DNA of 63,948 nucleotides, the filler included, from Pirum gemmata (lineage: Eukaryota), in NCBI GenBank assembly GCA_002812295.1. It is 8 parts of 8 records of this genome, joined end to end, with 100 filler letters (N's around TTAATTAATTAA, not from the genome) between each part and the next. Parts side by side here need not be neighbours in the genome. Positions count along the whole stretch, not along the records: positions 7,821 to 15,528 come from PDIN01000113.1; positions 15,629 to 23,212 come from PDIN01000114.1; positions 23,313 to 31,658 come from PDIN01000115.1; 5 more parts are not named here. One strand, written 5' to 3'. The position numbers and the translations under genes were made by a program. The notes below the pieces were generated by a model. The model was given only the letters and a program-made list of their open reading frames with translations. It was not told the origin of the DNA and searched no databases. Of this stretch, positions 11,905 through 24,156 are shown in pieces; the first letter of the stretch is position 1; each line of letters opens with the position of its first letter.

Positions 11905-13561
11905 TTAATTAAACATTAAACATTTTAGTTTATATACGATTGTAATAATAACAATTGTACTGTATATAGATGTTTTTGTTTGATTTTTCATTATTATCAC
12001 TTTTATCAAAATAATAAAATATATATTATTATATTATATAATATTAATATTAATATGCATATGTCCCAATATTAAAAAAATAATACTGAATCATTTTCTG
12101 TGTTTTTTGTTAGGAATTTATAATCAATGAATCCCCGTACATACTAAATAGTTTGTAAACACAGTTACAATTATTATATAATATATATTAATTAATATAT
12201 ATATTATATTAATATATTATTACGATTACATTTGTAATAAAATGACAACAATTGCAATTGCAAGCTTAAGAAAAAAGCAAAAACATAAATACCAATATTA
12301 TAACATTTAAAATAACACAATGTCATGTACATGTACAATATTAATCTACAAACCATTCGCGTATTACCTGCAGTTGATCATGATATTTTAGTTTATATTA
12401 ATAAACGATTGTATACGTAATAATAACAATATTGATTGTACTATAAATACCAACAACATTTACAATAACACATGTATTAATACATGTAAAATATTAATCT
12501 ACAAACCATACGCGTATTATTAGTTCCTAATGATATTTTAGTTTATACACTTATACGATTGTAATAATAACAATTATTATACTATATATAGACTAAAATT
12601 GTATTATTTACATTCTTAATGTAAATAATACAATTTTAGTCTATATATAGATGTCTTTTTTTTGATTTTTCATTATAACCACTTTTACCAAAATAATTAA
12701 ATATGTGTATAATATGTCCCAATATTTAAAAAATAATAATCATTTTCTGTGTTTTTTGTTAGGAATTTATAATCAATGATTCTCGTGCATATATATTAGA
12801 TAGCTTTATATTTTAACAAACAGATATATATTAATATTATATAATTATGTAATTATAATACATTTATAATAAAAAGACAGCAATTGCAAGCTTAACAAAA
12901 AGAAGCAACATAAATACCAACAACATTTACAATAACACAATATTATTAATAATATTAATGTGTATAATAAAAATAATATATTAATTGATGGATTGTAATT
13001 ATATAAATGGTATTCGTATACGTAGTTTATAATTAATACTTTACAAATTATAATAATATTAATAATATTAATATTTTAATATTAATTAATACATATTAAT
13101 TGACATCTTATTTGTTGTAAATGTCTTCTATAATATTAATAAATTACATGTGGACAAATAATTAATAATTATTTTTAATATATATATAATTATAATTTTA
13201 TAACAGTTACTATACAATTTTAACTTCAAAAAGACACATGCTATTTATAATTAATATATAAAAGCTTTTATTAATTTATAAGGATATTAATTAATACAAA
13301 ATTTAAAGTTTCAGGAAAAATAACTTTATCATTGAAACAGCATATATGATCGATGTATATACTATATATAGCAAAGAAAATATAGATTATTATAATATTA
13401 TCGTAAACAGAACATAAATGATTGGTTTCCTTTTTATAAATTAGAATGCATATTAGCTATATATAGATCTTCATTTAATCATTTAAAATTTTTATTGTAA
13501 TTTTAAAAGTTATTATATATCATTAAAATTTGCTATAATATCGTGTCATCAAAAGTTAGAA

Positions 13562-15337
13562 TTAACCATTGAAACAGTTTTTTGGTTGCAGCTGAATTTC
13601 TAACAATTTTGATAACAAATTCGTCACTTCATCAGATTGTTCTGATTGCTTTTCTCTCATGTCGGTAAATTGGAGTACTAACTCGGTTAACATCTCGTTT
13701 AAATTTTGTTCAGGTATAAGTTGTGATTGTAAACTTTTTAATTTCTCTTCTAGTTTTAAGTTCTGTTGTGATTGTATTTCTTTAAAAGCTTGTTGCATAT
13801 CAATAGATTTTTTTTGTTGTTTGTCCTGATCATTCAGTATCCTCTTTTGGTTATCAAAGCGTATCATAATCTCATTCGAATGATTACGTTGCTCTTTTAA
13901 TAATGCTTCTTGCACAGTTGACTGTTTTTCCAATATTTTTTCTTGTTTCTCAACACTTTTCTCTTGTTTGTCTTGCGACAATTCTATTTTTTGAACAAGC
14001 TGTTCAAATGTTGTCATATCAACATTATTACTGGATTCAACTTTATTCCGATGTATACTCTGAGTATTTACTTCGATTTCAACCATTTGAAGTAGTTTAC
14101 CTTGCTTAAAGACACAATCGTTAATTTTGTCCACAACTTCCTTTTGAAATAACTCTTGTTTTTGTTGAGACTGCTGTTCCTCACAGTAAGTTTGTTTCAT
14201 ACTTCTGTCTATCTCTAACTGCGATAATTGTGCACTAGTTTGGTGCGTGAATAAAGTAAATAAAGCGGCAACTTCTTTGCGCAAATCTTTTATCAAAGCG
14301 TAACATTTTGTCGATTGTATTTCCAATTCCCCTTTTGTCTTATTATTATAATCCTCTTCAGGCATTTTTTCATATTTTTTAACCCCCAAAAGAATTGTTT
14401 TACATTCTGATAATATATTTTTTTGCGTCTGCTCTGACCCTTGTTTCTTTTGATTTTCTTTTAGATCATTGAGTTGATCTTTAATATTTACTAATGTTGA
14501 CGAAATTGTTTCTAGTGGTTGCAAGTTGGAGGCAAACTCGTTTTGTAGTTTTTCAAGAATTTGTTTATTTTCCCATGATTGTAGTTGTAAGTGCTTTTGT
14601 TGTTGCTGCTGTTTTTCATTGAATTTTTGTTGTTGTTGCTGAACTAATTGGTTTTGCTCTTCCTGTTGTTGTTGTTGTTGTTGTAACATTTTTTGTTGTT
14701 GTAATAAAATATCTTGTAGTTCTTTCATTTGCTGTTGTTGTTGCTGTTGTTGTTGTTGTTGTTCTTTTATTTCTTGCTGTTGTTGTTTCATTTGTTGCTG
14801 TTGTTGTTCCCAATTTTTTCGTTGTTCTTGTTCCTGTTTCTTAAGTACTTCTAATATTTGGTGAAGCTCTTGTGGTTGTGGTTGTGGTTGTACTTGTACT
14901 TGTGATTGTGGTTGGGATTGTTTTATTTCTTGCTGTTGTTGTTTCATTTGTTGCTGCTGTTGTTCCCAATTTTTTCGTTGTTCTTGTTCTTGTTTCTTAA
15001 GTACTTGTAATATTTGGTGAAGCTCTTGTGGTTGAGATTGTGGTTGTACTTGTGATTGTGATTGTGGTTGGGATTGTGATGGTGGTCTCTTATTATTATT
15101 ATTATTATTACGTTCCCCAGACTCTATATTTGAAATTTCCTTTTGAATCTTTGTTAATGTAGTAACAGTTTCAGCTTGGTTTTGTTTAACTTCTTTAACT
15201 AAATCAAACATCGTTCTCTGTACCTGGTAGAATCGCAGCTCAAAATAATCGCTCAAAAGACTTTTTAAAGCTTCTATAGACATTACCTTTGGGTCTCTTC
15301 CCTTCTTGACCAAACCAAATCGTTCAGCAAAACCCAT
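13562..15337 (-). CDS. Gln/Glu/Lys-rich coiled-coil protein, 591 aa, with poly-Q and an internal ~50-aa duplication
   Basis: 1.8-kb ORF. QELHQIL.VLKKQEQEQRKNWEQQQQQMKQQQQEIK occurs twice. No catalytic motif recognised; upstream exons are possible. Confidence 0.8.
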   Translation of the reverse strand: MGFAERFGLVKKGRDPKVMSIEALKSLLSDYFELRFYQVQRTMFDLVKEVKQNQAETVTTLTKIQKEISNIESGERNNNNNNKRPPSQSQPQSQSQVQPQSQPQELHQILQVLKKQEQEQRKNWEQQQQQMKQQQQEIKQSQPQSQVQVQPQPQPQELHQILEVLKKQEQEQRKNWEQQQQQMKQQQQEIKEQQQQQQQQQQQMKELQDILLQQQKMLQQQQQQQEEQNQLVQQQQQKFNEKQQQQQKHLQLQSWENKQILEKLQNEFASNLQPLETISSTLVNIKDQLNDLKENQKKQGSEQTQKNILSECKTILLGVKKYEKMPEEDYNNKTKGELEIQSTKCYALIKDLRKEVAALFTLFTHQTSAQLSQLEIDRSMKQTYCEEQQSQQKQELFQKEVVDKINDCVFKQGKLLQMVEIEVNTQSIHRNKVESSNNVDMTTFEQLVQKIELSQDKQEKSVEKQEKILEKQSTVQEALLKEQRNHSNEIMIRFDNQKRILNDQDKQQKKSIDMQQAFKEIQSQQNLKLEEKLKSLQSQLIPEQNLNEMLTELVLQFTDMREKQSEQSDEVTNLLSKLLEIQLQPKNCFNG

Positions 15338-15628
15338 GAGCGTTCTAGTGCATTTGATGACTTTTAAGCAAGAGGGAGGGGGGAAATATATAGCTAAATA
15401 CTTCTGAATATCTTCTTTTCTATTTCCTAGATATTAAAAGTTTGTATACAAGAGGATTATGATCAGGGTTAAAGTTGTGGGTTACAATTAGGGCTATAGT
15501 TAGCGTTAGCGTTAGCGTTAAGCAAAGGNNNNNNNNNNNNNNNNNNNNNNNNNNNNNNNNNNNNNNNNNNNNTTAATTAATTAANNNNNNNNNNNNNNNN
15601 NNNNNNNNNNNNNNNNNNNNNNNNNNNN

Positions 15629-18600
15629 GTCCTCAGTTGACCCTGCATAATCACTATCACAGTAAGCTTCTATTCGTAATGTATTGCCCTTCTGTCTTCG
15701 AAACATTAATCCGTAATCCTTAGTTTGCTTTAAATACCTTAGTGTATTCTTAGCAGCTTCATAACTAGCTGTTGTTGGCTTTGTATTAAACCTAGATAAC
15801 ATAGACACCATTGTTGTTATATCTGGCCTAGTACATTGACTTAAATAGTTCAATGACCCTACTAGTTCTAAGTATGGCCCTGTAAAGGCGTCCCCTCCTT
15901 CCTTGATTGGATATAAATTCTTATGTCCTTTGGCTTCAACTAGCTCAAAATCGTGTAATAGATTATGTACATATTTCCCTTGCGAAATACATAAATCATT
16001 ATCCATATTACGAATAAATTTCATGCCCAGAAATTGATTTGCCTTTCCTAGGTCCTTGATTGTTAAGTATTTTTTAAGTTCTTTTATAAACCTTTTGTGC
16101 CTGCCCTCTTCTTTCGTTAAAAATAAGATATCATCCGAGTATGTAGCTACTATATCATCTCCATAATAGAAAATACATGGGTCTATTATGCTTTGCCTAC
16201 ATGATAATTTATTAACTAGTATGTCTATAAGATGTAAATAAAACATCTTCCCTGCATCTTTACCTCCGTATTGAGCTCTTTTCAACTTTGCAAGTTGCCC
16301 TGGAGTTACGTTTACCCCTATTAGCTCTGCCCCTTCCGGTAAGTAACAGTATATATCATACTTTGTTTTCGCCGACAAGAATGCTGTTTTTACATCAGCT
16401 ATGTAAACATCATACCCACCAGTTTGTGCTATTGCTAAAAGCACCCTAGTTGTGTCTTTTCCTAAAACCGCTGCACTAGTTTCCTTATATTCTTTCTCAT
16501 AGCGAGAATGCTGCCCTTGTAATACTGCCCTAGTCTTTCTTCGAGTCCAGTTTCCATTCTCATCGGTTTTAACACTAAAGATTAGTTTATTCCCATGAAT
16601 AATTGCTCCTGTTGGCAAGTCACCTACATCAATTATTTCGTAAGTATCATTATCAAATAATGATTGGATTTCTTCCTTTACACTATCCTCCCATTCTTTC
16701 TTATCTGGTAAACTTTTGATATCTTTATAACAAGCTGGTTCCCATAGTCCTTCTTTCAATTTCTTTGGTTTCCTTTTAAAATATTTATTTTTCTTAATTG
16801 CATGTAGTATAGTTGCTTCATTATCTACCCTTTCAGCAGCATCATTACCATCATCAGCTTCAGCAGTAGCTTCTCCAATAGCGTTTCCATTGTTCATTAC
16901 AGTTGCAGCTCCCCCTGACTCCACTTCATCTGGAGCTGGTCTCAAATCATGCACTTTGATATTGTAGTACGGTCTAAGATCATCTGGACATACTACATCA
17001 TATTGGTTTCTCTCTTTACATCTTAAAATAGCCCCATCGTACCAGCTTTCATTATCATTAAAATCTTTTAATTTTATCTGTACCCTATCATGTTTTTTAA
17101 ACTTTACTGGTACAGGATGCTCAATTACCCTTTGGTTATTTTCTGTATCTACATTAATTTCATCATTATTATAACCATTATTATAATCATCATAGTCTTC
17201 ATCATCGCTATCATTATCAGCAATAATAGTAATGTCATCATCCATATGCACATGCTTTTCTTTTCTATCCTCCTTATATGTATCATCTTTATCTGCCCTA
17301 AAGTTCCTACTGTGAACAATCCTCTTTGTTTCCACATTAAGTATTCTCCAAGTATCAGATAGATAGTCCTCTGCTGGTGCTAATAATATCCCTGGCTTTC
17401 CTCGGTCAGATAATTTACCATCCTCTTTATGATAAAAATAACAGGGTGACCCATACTTATATATTCTTATTTTTTCACATTTACTACCTAGTGTAAATTC
17501 TAATGGAGACATCATGTTTAACGCTTTTGTTGGCTTTCTATTGTTTACATATTCTGTAAACTGTAGGGCATATGGCCAGTACCTTTTACTTAAGCTACTT
17601 TCCGCTATGTTTGCTCTTATTCCTTTTACCAACGTACCCATAGCATTTTCTATATTTCCCCTGAGTTCCGGCGTGTCCCTTGGGCATTTCTTATGCAGTA
17701 TGTTGGCATCTACTAGGTATTCTTTAAACCCAGCAGTATTAAATACTTTTGCGTCGTCCGTAACTAAGCAATTTGCATTTGGGAAGTATGCCTTTTGCAG
17801 CATCTTAAATTCTCTAATGATTGTTTGCTCATCAGCGGCAACTATAGCTTTGCTCCTTGTCATTTTTCCATTAATATCTTTTATTGTTAAGAAACATGTT
17901 TCCCCCTTAGTACCTGTTATGCTAAATATTCCTGATATATCAGCCTCAAGTTCAAAACCTGGCTCTTTAACTGTTCGTTTTGGTTTCCTTGTTACTGGTT
18001 TCTTTCTTTGATTACTACGTGCACACGTTGTACAATATGGTAGTTCACTTGGCCAGTGTTTTGTACGCTCCTTGCCCAAAATTTCTTTTAATGCTTTTAT
18101 CCCAGCGTGGTTTAACTGCTGGTGGGCTTCTAATGCATCCTTTTTACCAATTGATAGGTCGTTTATTGAATAACAGTTGTTATTTAATGTTAAATAAAAT
18201 AAATTATTTTCACCCTGCCATGCTTCTATCCTTTTACATTCCTTTTCTAGCAGCATTACTTTACTATTTTTTTCAATTGATACTTTAAATCCTTCCTCTA
18301 TTAACATGCTCATTGATATTATTTTCGCTCGTGCTTTTGGGACAAACAAACATGTAATTTTTAATTCCCTTAAAATCCCCTCATGTGTTGCCCTTAAAGC
18401 CTGTTCATTTATACCGTTTATATACCTGGTACATGGCTGTACACTACGTAAGTCATTTATGTTGTTTGTCACACAAATGCTACTACCGCTATCAATGATA
18501 AAGTCACACTTTTCAATAGTGTTATAAACAGTAGCCCTTTCGTCCAAGTCGCCCCAGCTTATGTTTTTTTCATATTTGTAGTCTGTAGGCTCCTTTGCAG

Positions 18601-19915
18601 CTACTTTGGCTACCTTTGCTACAGCTCCAGTCGGCATACTGTCTTTTGATTGGCATCTTTTCCTTGGATTAGTTTTTTCTGCTAAATTTGGTAACTTTTT
18701 CAAAGAGTCTACAGAGTCTACAGCTACCCTGGCCTTAACTTTAGCTACTCCTGCTACTGATCCAGTAGGCATCCTACCCTTTAATTGGCCTTCTTTTCCT
18801 ATCCTAGTTTTTTCTGCTAAAATTGGTAACTTTTCCAGAGAGTCTACAGCTACTCTGGTCTTAACTTTAGCTACTCCTGCTCTTGATCCAGTAGGCATCC
18901 TACCCTTTGATTGGCCTCCCTTTCCTAGACTAGTTTTTTCTGCTAAAATTGGTAATTTTTCACCATATCCATGTCCTTTTGGCTCGATCTTTCTTTTAAA
19001 CTTTTTCGAGCTTACTTCCTTAGTAGTGAGTACTATTCCTCCAGTATTGGTCGATACTTTACAATATTTCTGGATATGGCCTTTATTCCTGCAGCCATTA
19101 CACACTACTTCCTTGAATCTGCATTGGTTAACCGAATGGCCTGGAATATTACAGCCACTGCAAGTGATGGTTCCCTTACTTTTGTTTTTATGCCTTCCTT
19201 GTTTGGGTTTATTTGCCCCTTTTTTCTCTTCTGCGCCTAACACGATTGTTCCTTTTTTTCCAGTTACTTGGCTCATTTTTAGCCAATCCTCTTCCTCTTG
19301 TATCCTTTTTGCGTATACCATTATGCCCCCCAAGATTGGGTTCTGTGCTTTTACTTCTTTCCTTTGGTCCTCATTCTCGCACTCTAAATAGGCTTTCCTT
19401 GCTATTAGTCTCTCCTGCTTTATACCGTTGACTGACTTTCTCCTTAAGTCGCAAACTGTTAGCGCCTCTAGAAAGACTTCTTCTACTTGCGCATTAGGTA
19501 TCTCTACGCCTTGTTTTTTCAGTTCCTTAATGATCGTCATTAATCTTCTGAAAACTTCTACTGCTGGTTCCTTTTCCTCGATGCTAAAGTTCGTTAACTT
19601 TGCCTTCCACCTGGCTTTCTCACAGTCGTTGTTTACGGTGTATAACAACGCAAGGTAATCCCAAGCCTCTCGGGCAGTAGCGAAATCGTCTATCTCCTTT
19701 AAGATAGCCGTGCTAACACTCTCCTGGATTAGGTCGATCACACTGGCTTCATGATTGACTATGTTCCTCTTGATAGTCGTGTCCTCTGGCTTAGCTGTAC
19801 CGGTCAGGATATAAGAAATACCCCAGCTACTTATTTTAGCCATGATTCTTTTCGCCCAAGAATCGTAGTTGTTAGATCCTGTAAGGGTTAAGTTCAGATT
19901 TTCCCGCTTGCTCAT
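15629..19915 (-). mobile_element. Ty1/copia LTR retrotransposon gag-pol, uninterrupted ORF (~1430 aa), cut in RNase H by the contig end
   Basis: Copia domain order. Gag (LTGSNNYDSWAKRI; AREAWDYL), two CCHC knuckles, protease FIIDSGSS, HHCC (HQQLNH..YCTTC), integrase (ADISG; TDDAKVF; GNIENAM), RT (ADVKTAFL; YSDD), RNase H start AYCDSDYAG. Confidence 0.96.
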
Positions 19916-20544
19916 GTTTGCCGATAGTTCGTATGTGTTAATCAGTTAAAATATCAAAATATATTACGTCTAAAATAAATTAATATTAAGTTATAAATCT
20001 TTTATTTATTTAAAAATAAATCTTTATTTATTGGGTCCTATTTGAATTGCAATTAATTTTTTCATTATTATAAAAATTAATTATCCTTATATATATTTTT
20101 AAAAACACTAAAACATTCGAGTGCTCTTAAACAAAAAATAAATTAATACATATATTTAATTATCAATAATTAAATATCAACATCATTAATTTCTAAACAA
20201 AGGTTAACAGATATCTATAATTCCTAATTATCCGAAAAACCTTAAGTTAGTTTTTCCTCCCAAGTTTTCACAAAAACCTAAAAACTAATTATACATTATT
20301 ATTATTATCATTATAATAATAAAAACATAGAACAACAAAATCCTTTCCAAATTAGTTTTTATCCTATGCTCCGTCAAATTAGTTTTTATCCTACGCTTCG
20401 TCAAAACAACAAAAAAACTAATCAAAAACTTTTAACCAAAAAAACCAAACCAGTTCTCCTGTTTCCTATACTTCGTAAACTCCTGTTTCCTATACTTCGT
20501 AAAAACATCAAAAAGCTAACTACTAATCGTATCTCCTTTACCGC

Positions 20545-20596
<52 letters not shown>

Positions 20597-20869
20597 TTTA
20601 TAGAATCAAAAATAATAAAAGAATAAAAATAAAAAATAATAAAAAAAAATAAGTGTTTGCACGATAGATTACGATCACTTACCCTCATTCATATCGTCAT
20701 TCAACTGTTATTGTTATTGTTATTGTTATTAATATTGTTATTGTTATTGTAAGTAAATAATACAACCATATGAGGTTAATGATGAAGAATAAACGAAATT
20801 ATTTATTATTACTTAAATTATTATTTAATTAAAAAAATAAATTTCAAAATTACTTATTTCAATCTAAAA

Positions 20870-22880
20870 AATATTAATTAATTAAATATAGGTATCAATT
20901 CAAATACTAATAGTGATTACCATCTCTAATAAAATAACAAAATTGATTTCAACTATGTAATATTAATATAATATAAGGTTGTGTACTGATACTAATAGAC
21001 ATTCTAATATTATTTCTTACGGTTCATATAATAATATTATATTATCATAATATAATATTATTATTATTCTTTACAAATAATCGTTTTTATAGCCATCTAT
21101 AATTGCTATAAATAGTCTACAAATCCAAATTAAAAATCAAGGTTAATTAATTAAATCCCTTTTTTTGGTAGTTGCATGTATTTTACAGTTTATTTCTCTT
21201 TTTACTTTTAATAAGTGGAAAAAATCACTTGTATAATAATATATTATTATATTATATTATTATTCTTTACAAATAATCGGTTTTATAGCCATCTATAATT
21301 GCTATATAAATAGTCTATAAATCCAAATTAAATCAAGGTTAAATCCCTTTTTTTGGTTGTTGCTTGTATTTTACAGTTTATTTTTCTTTTTACTTTTAAA
21401 AGTGGAAAAAATTACTTATTAATTAAAAAAAAAATATTTTTTAAAAAATTAAATATAGGTATTAATTCAAATACTAATGGTGATTTTTTTTTTGATTCAC
21501 AGGTGGGGAAATTATTGGAAAACCCCGACTGGTTGTTATTGGGACAACGATATTTGGATTTTTATGTTGTATTTATAGACGGTCTTCGTCTTGGTCGCGG
21601 GGAACCAAATAACCACTGCGCCACTAATGTTGAGCGGGCACGCCGCACGTGAAAGCCTGGGTCTAAATAGGATGATTCCTTTTGGCTCAGTCTGCGAAGT
21701 GGCGCAGTGGTTATAATTGCTATACACACTATTAATTAAATAATCTATAATAATTGCTATAAATACTATTAATTAAATAGTTTATAAATCCAGCTAAATA
21801 TTGCTAAATCAAGGTTTTAAATCCCTTGTTTTGGTAGTTGCTTGTATTTTTACAATAATAATTTATTGCGTTGCTTGTAATTTTACAATATTTTTTTTGA
21901 CTTAGGTGGAAAAAATTACTTATTAAAAATTTAAAATATATTAATTAAATAAAGGTATTAATTAAAATGCAAATACTAATAGTGATTAACATCTCTAATA
22001 TAAATAACAAAATTGATTTCAACTATAGTATTAATATTAATGATAATAATAGTGTACCACGTGTTGATATCAACATATAAGTACACATGGTATTAATTAA
22101 AACACTATTATTATCAATACTCAATCTAAAAGGGTTAGTATAATATATATTATATTAATATTAAAATATTAATACTTTGTTATTTATATTATAGATGTTA
22201 ATCACTATTAGTATTTGCCTTTATTTATTTAATTAATATTTTGTAAATTTAATAAGTAATTTTTTCCACCTAAGTCAAAAAAAATTAATTATTGTAGAAA
22301 TACAAGCAGCGCTTACCAATTTATTTTCTGATGGAGTCTAATAACTAAATTGGTACATTCAAAAATAGTCTACTACAAAACTGCGAAAAGTAGTTAAGGG
22401 AGTACTAAGGGAGTCAAAGATGTAGGTTTACATAAATAATTATTATTATTGTTAAAATACAAGCAACTACCAAAACAAGGGAGTTAAAACCTTGATTTGG
22501 CAATATTTAGCTGGATTTATAAACTATTTAATCAATAGTATTTATAGCAATTATTATTATTTATCTATTATAGATGGCTATAAAAACGATTGTTTGTAAA
22601 GAATAATATAATAATTATGGTGATAATTATATATGAACCGTAAGAAATAATGTTAATTAATAACCTTATTGATATCAACATATAAGTTATTATTATTTAA
22701 AACCTTATTTCTTACGGTTCATAAATATCAATATCATTATATTATTCTTTATTAATAATACAAAGAACCGTTTTTATAGCCATCTGTAATAATTATTGCT
22801 ATAAATTCTATTAAAACTAGTCTATAAATCCAGCTAAATCAAGGTTAAAAAATTCCTTTTTTTGGTTGTTGCTTGTATAT
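20870..22880. repeat. Degenerate few-hundred-bp repeat unit in direct and inverted copies, forming a fold-back centred near 22090
   Basis: 21750-21850 vs 22455-22555 and 21895-22015 vs 22175-22283 are reverse complements. Direct copies lie at ~20870-21210, 21250-21490 and 22700-22880. Confidence 0.8.
21609..21714. mobile_element. 106-bp GC-rich element with perfect 17-bp inverted repeats ATAACCACTGCGCCACT / AGTGGCGCAGTGGTTAT
   Basis: Inverted repeat seen directly. TAA|CC..GG|TTA ends suggest a piggyBac-type MITE (inference). Confidence 0.6.
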
Positions 22881-23179
22881 TTATTTTTAAAATACAATAA
22901 TATAGTGCTTTTCATTTAATTTTTGTTTTGTCATCATAAAATAAACAATAAATAGTACCAAATATAAATCCATTTTTTTAAAAAAAAATTTAAAATAAGT
23001 ATAATTATTTATAAAAACAGCTTTTTATAAAATTTTTAATATTTTAAGTTTTTATTGGTCATAGTCTAGGGCTACATCGAAAAAAAGAGTTTGATAGAAC
23101 AGAGTAGTCTACAGGATATTATTATTAATAATTTTATAAAGAAAGAAGGGGTGACACCTTCATTTTTATTATTATCCAC

Positions 23180-23212
23180 GTTAGGGTTAGGGTTAGGGTT
23201 AGGGTTAGGGTT
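23180..23212 (+). repeat. TTAGGG array at contig end
   Basis: Read directly. Could be a true telomere or an assembly break in an interstitial array. Confidence 0.85.
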
Positions 23213-23852
23213 NNNNNNNNNNNNNNNNNNNNNNNNNNNNNNNNNNNNNNNNNNNNTTAATTAATTAANNNNNNNNNNNNNNNNNNNNNNNNNNNNNNNN
23301 NNNNNNNNNNNNATTTTAAGCTTACAATTAAGTATTCAAATATATTTATCTATTTATAAACTCGAAAAAAATGGGGGAAATAATATTCAAACAGAGCTTA
23401 ATTTTGGCTTTTTTTGACAGCAGAAATTCGAGTTTTCAGGCTCGAGCCGAATTGGGAGTGGCTTAGTCCTTGGAATTGATAAAATATCCTTATTTATACA
23501 AGGAGTTTTTTTTTTTTTTTCAAAAAATCTCAAAATTATTCAATTTTTAAAAAAATAAAGTACTACCAAATCTTGAGAAATTGTTTAACTAATAAAACTC
23601 TATTATGAACCAATGGCCAGTTTTTAATAATAATTTGGCTGGGTATCTTTTTTAAAAGGTTTTTGGGAAGAAGTCTAAAAAAAATGGTTTCTATCATACC
23701 ACTCCCTTAGTGGTGGCTCTTTCTTTCTCTTAGTTAGGAGGTGGCTGTGATTTTTTAGTTAAATAACCACTAGGACAGTCTAGCTATTTATAAATTATTA
23801 TTATATATTTTTATTATTTTTTTTTTTTTAAAAAAAAATGTCAAAGACCAAG

Positions 23853-24090
23853 GAGTAGGGGTGAGTGAGATATCTACTGGAACTTTTTTCGAACTGATGC
23901 TTATCGAGCCAACCTTATTCCGTGTTTCTTACTAATAATAGCATTTAAATAGGTTAAAATAGTAAATTTAATTATAGTAGATACTAATTAAAGTAATAAT
24001 ATTAACATGAATGGTAATAAAAACCTTAAAATCGGAAAAGTTCCGGTAGCTGTTCGGTAATAATAAAATGACGTCATCTCACCCCTACTC
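23853..24090. mobile_element. MITE family B: TIR GAGTAGGGGTGAG / CTCACCCCTACTC, flanked by ACCAAG on both sides; relatives at 27178-27396 and 63829-63948
   Basis: 13-bp perfect inverted repeat and ACCAAG at 23847-23852 and 24091-24096. The copies at 27178 and 63829 match each other apart from a 17-nt insertion and share GAGATGACGTCAT with this one. Confidence 0.7.
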
Positions 24091-24156
24091 ACCAAGGCCA
24101 AGGAGTTCAAACTTCAAAGTTTTTTTTTTCTTGAACTTCTTTCTTGCAAAGACTGG

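Noticed and set aside
17514..19658. Plus-strand ORFs up to 261 aa over the copia element
   Set aside because: Antisense shadows of gag-pol with no independent motifs.
13562..19915. Functional link between the Gln-rich gene and the copia element
   Set aside because: They are on different contigs separated by an artificial linker.
20520..20700. Primer-binding site (TGGCGGTAAAGG) and 5' LTR of the copia element
   Set aside because: I cannot match it to a tRNA by eye, and the 3' LTR is missing, so LTR limits cannot be set.
21698..21714. tRNA gene suggested by the A-box-like GTGGCGCAGTGG
   Set aside because: No B-box or cloverleaf; it is one arm of an inverted repeat.
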